Shown here: positions 1 to 9,347 of the stretch, piece after piece
Position numbering within the stretch: the first letter of the stretch is position 1
Layout of the letters: each line of letters starts with the position of its first letter
Source: Auanema rhodensis
Taxonomy: Eukaryota > Animalia > Nematoda
NCBI GenBank assembly: GCA_964057225.1
Contig: OZ059895.1
Coordinates: forward strand, 3,224,001-3,288,000
DNA: 64,000 bases
Direction: 5' to 3'
The notes under the pieces: generated by a model
What the model was told of the DNA's origin: nothing
The model's database searches: none
The model's input: the letters and a program-made list of their open reading frames with translations, nothing else
Position numbers and translations under genes: made by a program

Positions 1-127
1 TTCAGATTTTCTAACTTTTATTCAGTTTGTTTTTTAAACTTTGATTAAGAACTTTGATTTTTGTACACCCATAAATTATACGCAGCACAGGTTACACTTA
101 AATAATGAACTGACCGACTAATCAGAC

Positions 128-220
128 ATGGATCTTTCCTAGTTCTGTTGCTTGAATGGATGTTTTCCTACGTAGGCTAGTAAAACATGCCCTTCAAAGC
201 ATCAGAACATGTGATCACAT
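128..220. ncRNA. Candidate pri-miRNA-like or hairpin RNA unit (speculative; strand unknown; one per monomer)
   Basis: About 25-bp upper stem with a 15-nt apical region (167-181), an internal loop, and a lower stem ATG-GATC (128-134) / GATC-A-CAT (213-220). Structure only: no expression data and no recognised family. Confidence 0.3.
142..208. other. 67-bp imperfect inverted repeat (fold-back hairpin), present in every monomer; first copy shown
   Basis: Left arm GTTCTGTTGCTTGAATGGATGTTTTCCTAC (142-171) reverse-complements to GTAGGAAAACATCCATTCAAGCAACAGAAC. The right arm reads GTAGG[CTAGT]AAAACAT[G]CCCTTCAA[A]GCATCAGAAC (172-208). That is 28/30 matches, 2 mismatches, and bulges of 5, 1 and 1 nt. 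Confidence 0.95.
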
Positions 221-650
221 TCCAATTTTTTTGTATCTATCTTGTGAAGATAGTAATATATCATATGTTGAACACTATGTTGGAAAGATTTTAATTCAGA
301 TTTACGAACTTTTATTCAGTTTGTTTTTTAAACTTTGATTAAGAACTTTGATTTTTGTACACCCATAAATTATACGCAGCACAGGTTACCCTTAATTAAT
401 GAACTGACCGACTAATCAGACATGGATCTTTCCAAGTTCTGTTGCTTGAACGGATGTTTTCCTACGTAGGCTAGTAAAACATGCCCTTCAAAGCATCAGA
501 ACATGTGATCACATTCCAATTTTTTTGTATCTATCTTGTAAAGATAGTAATATATCATATGTTGAACACTATGTTGGAAAGATTTTAATTCAGATTTTCT
601 AACTTTTATTCAGTTTGTTTTCTAAACTTTGATTAAGAACTTTGATTTTT

Positions 651-860
651 GTACACCCATAAATTATACGCAGCACAGGTTACCCTTGAATAATGAACTG
701 ACCGACTAATCAGACATGGATCTTTCCTAGTTCTGTTGCTTGAATGGATGTTTTCCTACGTAGGCTAGTAAAACATGCCCTTCAAAGCATCAGAACATGT
801 GATCACATTCCAATTTTTTTGAAATCTATCTTGTAAAGATAGTAATAAACTTTGATTTTT
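651..860. repeat. Representative short monomer (210 bp): 85-bp deletion plus a 1-bp gain (GTATCT to GAAATCT); the 209-bp form lacks the gain
   Basis: Junction AGTAATA|AACTTTGATTTTTG at 841-861 versus long form AGTAATA-[85 bp, e.g. 259-343]-AACTTTGATTTTTG. Confidence 0.97.
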
Positions 861-3800
861 GTACACCCATAAATTATACGCAGCACAGGTTACCCTTAAA
901 TAATGAACTGACCGACTAATCAGACATGGATCTTTCCTAGTTCTGTTGCTTGAATGGATGTTTTCCTACGTAGGCTAGTAAAACATGCCCTTCAAAGCAT
1001 CAGAACATGTGATCACATTCCAATTTTTTTGTATCTATCTTGTAAAGATAATAATATATCATATGTTGAACACTATGTTGGAAAGATTTTAATTCACATT
1101 TTTTCAACTTTCACTCAATTTGTTTTCTAAACTTTGATTAAGAACTTTGATTTTTGTACACCCATAAATTATACGCAGCACAGGTTACTCTTGAATAATG
1201 AACTGACCGACTAATCAGACATGGATCTTTCCTAGTTCTGTTGCTTGAATGGATGTTTTCCTACGTAGGCTAGTAAAACATGCCCTTCAAAGCATCAGAA
1301 CATGTGATCACATTCCAATTTTTTTGTATCTATCTTGTAAAGATAGTAATAAACTTTGATTTTTGTACACCCATAAATTATACGCAGCACAGGTTACCCT
1401 TAAATAATGAACTGACCGACTAATCAGACATGGATCTTTCCTAGTTCTGTTGCTTGAATGGATGTTTTCCTACGTAGGCTAGTAAAACATGCCCTTCAAA
1501 GCATCAGAACATGTGACCACATTCCAATTTTTTTGTATCTATCTTGTAAAGATAATAATATATCATATGTTGAACACAATGTTGGAAAGATTTTAATTCA
1601 CATTTTTTCAACTTTCACTCAATTTGTTTTCTAAACTTTGATTAAGAACTTTGATTTTTGTACACCCATAAATTATACGCAGCACAGGTTACCCTTGAAT
1701 AATGAACTGACCGACTAATCAGACATGGATCTTTCCTAGTTCTGTTGCTTGAATGGATGTTTTCCTACGTAGGCTAGTAAAACATGCCCTTCAAAGCATC
1801 AGATCATGTGATCACATTCCAATTTTTTTGAAATCTATCTTGTAAAGATAGTAATAAACTTTGATTTTTGTACACCCATAAATTATACGCAGCACAGGTT
1901 ACCCTTAAATAATGAACTGACCGACTAATCAGACATGGATCTTTCCTAGTTCTGTTGCTTGAATGGATGTTTTCCTACGTAGGCTAGTAAAACATGCCCT
2001 TCAAAGCATCAGAACATGTGATCACATTCCAATTTTTTTGTATCTTTCTTGTAAAGATAGTAATATATCATATGTTGAACACTATGTTGGAAAGATTTTA
2101 ATTCAGATTTTCGAACTTTTATTCAGTTTGTTTTTTAAACTTTGATTAAGAACTTTGATTTTTGTACACCCATAAATTATACGCAGCACAGGTTACCCTT
2201 AATTAATGAACTGACCGACTAATCAGACATGGATCTTTCCAAGTTCTGTTGCTTGAACGGATGTTTTCCTACGAAGGCTAGTAAAACATGCCCTTCAAAG
2301 CATCAGAACATGTGATCACATTCCAATATTTTTGTATCTATCTTGTAAAGATAGTAATATATCATATGTTGAACACTATGTTGGAAAGATTTTAATTCAG
2401 ATTTTCTAACTTTTATTCAGTTTGTTTTTTAAACTTTGATTAAGAACTTTGATTTTTGTACACCCATAAATTATACGCAGCACAGGTTACACTTAAATAA
2501 TGAACTGACCGACTAATCAGACATGGATCTTTCCTAGTTCTGTTGCTTGAATGGATGTTTTCCTACGTAGGCTAGTAAAACATGCCCTTCAAAGCATCAG
2601 AACATGTGATCACATTCCAATTTTTTTGTATCTATCTTGTGAAGATAGTAATATATCATATGTTGAACACTATGTTGGAAAGATTTTAATTCAGATTTAC
2701 GAACTTTTATTCAGTTTGTTTTTTAAACTTTGATTAAGAACTTTGATTTTTGTACACCCATAAATTATACGCAGCACAGGTTACCCTTAATTAATGAACT
2801 GACCGACTAATCAGACATGGATCTTTCCAAGTTCTGTTGCTTGAACGGATGTTTTCCTACGTAGGCTAGTAAAACATGCCCTTCAAAGCATCAGAACATG
2901 TGATCACATTCCAATTTTTTTGTATCTATCTTGTAAAGATAGTAATATATCATATGTTGAACACTATGTTGGAAAGATTTTAATTCAGATTTTCTAACTT
3001 TTATTCAGTTTGTTTTCTAAACTTTGATTAAGAACTTTGATTTTTGTACACCCATAAATTATACGCAGCACAGGTTACCCTTGAATAATGAACTGACCGA
3101 CTAATCAGACATGGATCTTTCCTAGTTCTGTTGCTTGAATGGATGTTTTCCTACGTAGGCTAGTAAAACATGCCCTTCAAAGCATCAGAACATGTGATCA
3201 CATTCCAATTTTTTTGAAATCTATCTTGTAAAGATAGTAATAAACTTTGATTTTTGTACACCCATAAATTATACGCAGCACAGGTTACCCTTAAATAATG
3301 AACTGACCGACTAATCAGACATGGATCTTTCCTAGTTCTGTTGCTTGAATGGATGTTTTCCTACGTAGGCTAGTAAAACATGCCCTTCAAAGCATCAGAA
3401 CATGTGATCACATTCCAATTTTTTTGTATCTATCTTGTAAAGATAATAATATATCATATGTTGAACACTATGTTGGAAAGATTTTAATTCACATTTTTTC
3501 AACTTTCACTCAATTTGTTTTCTAAACTTTGATTAAGAACTTTGATTTTTGTACACCCATAAATTATACGCAGCACAGGTTACTCTTGAATAATGAACTG
3601 ACCGACTAATCAGACATGGATCTTTCCTAGTTCTGTTGCTTGAATGGATGTTTTCCTACGTAGGCTAGTAAAACATGCCCTTCAAAGCATCAGAACATGT
3701 GATCACATTCCAATTTTTTTGTATCTATCTTGTAAAGATAGTAATAAACTTTGATTTTTGTACACCCATAAATTATACGCAGCACAGGTTACCCTTAAAT

Positions 3801-6800
3801 AATGAACTGACCGACTAATCAGACATGGATCTTTCCTAGTTCTGTTGCTTGAATGGATGTTTTCCTACGTAGGCTAGTAAAACATGCCCTTCAAAGCATC
3901 AGAACATGTGACCACATTCCAATTTTTTTGTATCTATCTTGTAAAGATAATAATATATCATATGTTGAACACAATGTTGGAAAGATTTTAATTCACATTT
4001 TTTCAACTTTCACTCAATTTGTTTTCTAAACTTTGATTAAGAACTTTGATTTTTGTACACCCATAAATTATACGCAGCACAGGTTACCCTTGAATAATGA
4101 ACTGACCGACTAATCAGACATGGATCTTTCCTAGTTCTGTTGCTTGAATGGATGTTTTCCTACGTAGGCTAGTAAAACATGCCCTTCAAAGCATCAGAAC
4201 ATGTGATCACATTCCAATTTTTTTGTATCTATCTTGTAAAGATAGTAATAAACTTTGATTTTTGTACACCCATAAATTATACGCAGCACAGGTTACCCTT
4301 AAATAATGAACTGACCGTCTAATCAGACATGGATCTTCCCAAGTTCTGTTGCTTGAATGGATGTTTTCCTACGTAGGCTAGTAAAACATGCCCTTCAAAG
4401 CATCAGAACATGTGATCACATTCCAATTTTTTTGTATCTATCTTGTAAAGATAGTAATAAACTTTGATTTTTGTACACCCATAAATTATACGCAGCACAG
4501 GTTACCCTTAAATAATGAACTGACCGACTAATCAGACATGGATCTTTCCTAGTTCTGTTGCTTGAATGGATGTTTTCCTACGTAGGCTAGTAAAACATGC
4601 CCTTCAAAGCATCAGAACATGTGACCACATTCCAATTTTTTTGTATCTATCTTGTAAAGATAATAATATATCATATGTTGAACACAATGTTGGAAAGATT
4701 TTAATTCACATTTTTTCAACTTTCACTCAATTTGTTTTCTAAACTTTGATTAAGAACTTTGATTTTTGTACACCCATAAATTATACGCAGCACAGGTTAC
4801 CCTTGAATAATGAACTGACCGACTAATCAGACATGGATCTTTCCTAGTTCTGTTGCTTGAATGGATGTTTTCCTACGTAGGCTAGTAAAACATGCCCTTC
4901 AAAGCATCAGAACATGTGATCACATTCCAATTTTTTTGAAATCTATCTTGTAAAGATAGTAATAAACTTTGATTTTTGTACACCCATAAATTATACGCAG
5001 CACAGGTTACCCTTAAATAATGAACTGACCGACTAATCAGACATGGATCTTTCCTAGTTCTGTTGCTTGAATGGATGTTTTCCTACGTAGGCTAGTAAAA
5101 CATGCCCTTCAAAGCATCAGAACATGTGATCACATTCCAATTTTTTTGTATCTTTCTTGTAAAGATAGTAATATATCATATGTTGAACACTATGTTGGAA
5201 AGATTTTAATTCAGATTTTCGAACTTTTATTCAGTTTGTTTTTTAAACTTTGATTAAGAACTTTGATTTTTGTACACCCATAAATTATACGCAGCACAGG
5301 TTACCCTTAATTAATGAACTGACCGACTAATCAGACATGGATCTTTCCAAGTTCTGTTGCTTGAACGGATGTTTTCCTACGAAGGCTAGTAAAACATGCC
5401 CTTCAAAGCATCAGAACATGTGATCACATTCCAATATTTTTGTATCTATCTTGTAAAGATAGTAATATATCATATGTTGAACACTATGTTGGAAAGATTT
5501 TAATTCAGATTTTCTAACTTTTATTCAGTTTGTTTTCTAAACTTTGATTAAGAACTTTGATTTTTGTACACCCATAAATTATACGCAGCACAGGTTACCC
5601 TTGAATAATGAACTGACCGACTAATCAGACATGGATCTTTCCTAGTTCTGTTGCTTGAATGGATGTTTTCCTACGTAGGCTAGTAAAACATGCCCTTCAA
5701 AGCATCAGAACATGTGATCACATTCCAATTTTTTTGTATCTATCTTGTAAAGATAGTAATAAACTTTGATTTTTGTACACCCATAAATTATACGCAGCAC
5801 AGGTTACCCTTAAATAATGAACTGACCGACTAATCAGACATGGATCTTTCCTAGTTCTGTTGCTTGAATGGATGTTTTCCTACGTAGGCTAGTAAAACAT
5901 GCCCTTCAAAGCATCAGAACATGTGACCACATTCCAATTTTTTTGTATCTATCTTGTAAAGATAATAATATATCATATGTTGAACACAATGTTGGAAAGA
6001 TTTTAATTCACATTTTTTCAACTTTCACTCAATTTGTTTTCTAAACTTTGATTAAGAACTTTGATTTTTGTACACCCATAAATTATACGCAGCACAGGTT
6101 ACCCTTGAATAATGAACTGACCGACTAATCAGACATGGATCTTTCCTAGTTCTGTTGCTTGAATGGATGTTTTCCTACGTAGGCTAGTAAAACATGCCCT
6201 TCAAAGCATCAGAACATGTGATCACATTCCAATTTTTTTGTATCTATCTTGTAAAGATAGTAATAAACTTTGATTTTTGTACACCCATAAATTATACGCA
6301 GCACAGGTTACCCTTAAATAATGAACTGACCGTCTAATCAGACATGGATCTTCCCAAGTTCTGTTGCTTGAATGGATGTTTTCCTACGTAGGCTAGTAAA
6401 ACATGCCCTTCAAAGCATCAGAACATGTGATCACATTCCAATTTTTTTGTATCTATCTTGTAAAGATAGTAATATATCATATGTTGAACACTATGTTGGA
6501 AAGATTTTAATTCAGATTTTCTAACTTTTATTCAGTTTGTTTTTTAAACTTTGATTAAGAACTTTGATTTTTGTACAATCATAAATTATACGCAGCACAG
6601 GTTACCCTTAAATAATGAACTGACCGACTAATCAGACATGGATCTTTCCTAGTTCTGTTGCTTGAACGGATGTTTTCCTACGAAGGCTAGTAAAACATGC
6701 CCTTCAAAGCATCAGAACATGTGATCACATTCCAATTTTTTTGTATCTATCTTGTAAAGATAGTAATATATCATATGTTGAACACTATGTTGGAAAGATT

Positions 6801-9347
6801 TTAATTCAGATTTTCTAACTTTTATTCAGTTTGTTTTTTAAACTTTGATTAAGAACTTTGATTTTTGTACAATCATAAATTATACGCAGCACAGGTTACC
6901 CTTAAATAATGAACTGACCGACTAATCAGACATGGATCTTTCCTAGTTCTGTTGCTTGAATGGATGTTTTCCTACGTAGGCTAGTAAAACATGCCCTTCA
7001 AAGCATCAGAACATGTGATCACATTCCAATTTTTTTGAAATCTATCTTGTAAAGATAGTAATATATCATATGTTGAACACTATGTTGGAAAGATTTTAAT
7101 TCAGATTTTTTCAACTTTCACTCAGTTTGTTTTCTAAACTTTGATTAAGAACCTTGTTGTTTGTACACCCATAAAATATACGCAGCACAGGTTACCCTTA
7201 AATAATGAACTGACCGTCTAATCAGACATGGATCTTCCCAAGTTCTGTTGCTTGAATGGATGTTTTCCTACGTAGGCTAGTAAAACATGCCCTTCAAAGC
7301 ATCAGAACATGTGATCACATTCCAATTTTTTTGTATCTATCTTGTAAAGATAGTAATATATCATATGTTGAACACTATGTTGGAAAGATTTTAATTCAGA
7401 TTTTCTAACTTTTATTCAGTTTGTTTTTTAAACTTTGATTAAGAACTTTGATTTTTGTACAATCATAAATTATACGCAGCACAGGTTACCCTTAAATAAT
7501 GAACTGACCGACTAATCAGACATGGATCTTTCCTAGTTCTGTTGCTTGAATGGATGTTTTCCTACGTAGGCTAGTAAAACATGCCCTTCAAAGCATCAGA
7601 ACATGTGATCACATTCCAATTTTTTTGTATCTATCTTGTAAAGATAATAATATATCATATGTTGAACACTATGTTGGAAAGATTTTAATTCACATTTTTT
7701 CAACTTTCACTCAATTTGTTTTCTAAACTTTGATTAAGAACTTTGATTTTTGTACACCCATAAATTATACGCAGCACAGGTTACCCTTGAATAATGAACT
7801 GACCGACTAATCAGACATGGATCTTTCCTAGTTCTGTTGCTTGAATGGATGTTTTCCTACGTAGGCTAGTAAAACATGCCCTTCAAAGCATCAGAACATG
7901 TGATCACATTCCAATTTTTTTGTATCTATCTTGTAAAGATAGTAATAAACTTTGATTTTTGTACACCCATAAATTATACGCAGCACAGGTTACCCTTAAA
8001 TAATGAACTGACCGACTAATCAGACATGGATCTTTCCTAGTTCTGTTGCTTGAATGGATGTTTTCCTACGTAGGCTAGTAAAACATGCCCTTCAAAGCAT
8101 CAGAACATGTGACCACATTCCAATTTTTTTGTATCTATCTTGTAAAGATAATAATATATCATATGTTGAACACAATGTTGGAAAGATTTTAATTCACATT
8201 TTTTCAACTTTCACTCAATTTGTTTTCTAAACTTTGATTAAGAACTTTGATTTTTGTACACCCATAAATTATACGCAGCACAGGTTACCCTTGAATAATG
8301 AACTGACCGACTAATCAGACATGGATCTTTCCTAGTTCTGTTGCTTGAATGGATGTTTTCCTACGTAGGCTAGTAAAACATGCCCTTCAAAGCATCAGAA
8401 CATGTGATCACATTCCAATTTTTTTGAAATCTATCTTGTAAAGATAGTAATAAACTTTGATTTTTGTACACCCATAAATTATACGCAGCACAGGTTACCC
8501 TTAAATAATGAACTGACCGACTAATCAGACATGGATCTTTCCTAGTTCTGTTGCTTGAATGGATGTTTTCCTACGTAGGCTAGTAAAACATGCCCTTCAA
8601 AGCATCAGAACATGTGATCACATTCCAATTTTTTTGTATCTTTCTTGTAAAGATAGTAATATATCATATGTTGAACACTATGTTGGAAAGATTTTAATTC
8701 AGATTTTCGAACTTTTATTCAGTTTGTTTTTTAAACTTTGATTAAGAACTTTGATTTTTGTACACCCATAAATTATACGCAGCACAGGTTACCCTTAATT
8801 AATGAACTGACCGACTAATCAGACATGGATCTTTCCAAGTTCTGTTGCTTGAACGGATGTTTTCCTACGAAGGCTAGTAAAACATGCCCTTCAAAGCATC
8901 AGAACATGTGATCACATTCCAATATTTTTGTATCTATCTTGTAAAGATAGTAATATATCATATGTTGAACACTATGTTGGAAAGATTTTAATTCAGATTT
9001 TCTAACTTTTATTCAGTTTGTTTTTTAAACTTTGATTAAGAACTTTGATTTTTGTACACCCATAAATTATACGCAGCACAGGTTACACTTAAATAATGAA
9101 CTGACCGACTAATCAGACATGGATCTTTCCTAGTTCTGTTGCTTGAATGGATGTTTTCCTACGTAGGCTAGTAAAACATGCCCTTCAAAGCATCAGAACA
9201 TGTGATCACATTCCAATTTTTTTGTATCTATCTTGTGAAGATAGTAATATATCATATGTTGAACACTATGTTGGAAAGATTTTAATTCAGATTTTCGAAC
9301 TTTTATTCAGTTTGTTTTTTAAACTTTGATTAAGAACTTTGATTTTT

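Larger units (their letters stand above)
63..356. repeat. Representative long monomer (294 bp): moderately GC-rich hairpin-bearing half (~39% GC) plus T-rich half (~21% GC)
   Basis: Distance between successive GTACACCCAT anchors (63 to 357). GC counted by hand on the consensus. Confidence 0.97.
63..2457. repeat. 9-monomer higher-order repeat unit, 2395 bp (partial tandem copy from 2458; near-identical copy at 18843-21237)
   Basis: Monomer lengths 294,294,210,295,209,295,210,294,294. The GTGAAGA/TTACACTT-marked ORF variant sits at 156, 2551 and 18936. The line at 18781 is identical to the line at 1. Confidence 0.9.

Noticed and set aside
167-181. Helitron 3' end (palindrome followed by CTAG-T)
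   Set aside because: The palindrome abuts CTAG without the usual ~10-nt gap and lies in the apex of a larger fold-back. No other Helitron features are present.
142-232. Bacterial rho-independent terminator (hairpin plus T7)
   Set aside because: The stem is long and AT-rich and is separated from the T tract by 17 nt. The context is a eukaryote-like satellite array with no upstream gene.
275-291. CENP-B box-like CTATGTTGGAAAGATTT
   Set aside because: It matches 10 of 17 positions of CTTCGTTGGAAACGGGA but lacks both CpGs and most of the essential TTCG...A..CGGG bases. It is also deleted in short monomers.
156-338. 28 copies of a 60-aa ORF (MDVFLRRLVKHALQ...) as a multicopy protein gene
   Set aside because: It is open in only ~12% of monomers. 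The others lose the ATG (ACG), carry an in-frame TAA (TTCTAA), are frameshifted or lack 85 bp. No recognisable domain, and the length sits at the ORF-caller threshold.
49-342. 42-bp sub-repeat suggested by 294 = 7x42 and 210 = 5x42
   Set aside because: Cutting the monomer into 42-bp rows shows no sequence similarity between rows.
63-356. 5S rRNA, tRNA, snRNA or spliced-leader tandem gene unit
   Set aside because: No recognisable 5S or U-snRNA sequence, cloverleaf or convincing A/B boxes. An Rfam/Infernal scan would be needed to exclude divergent RNAs fully.
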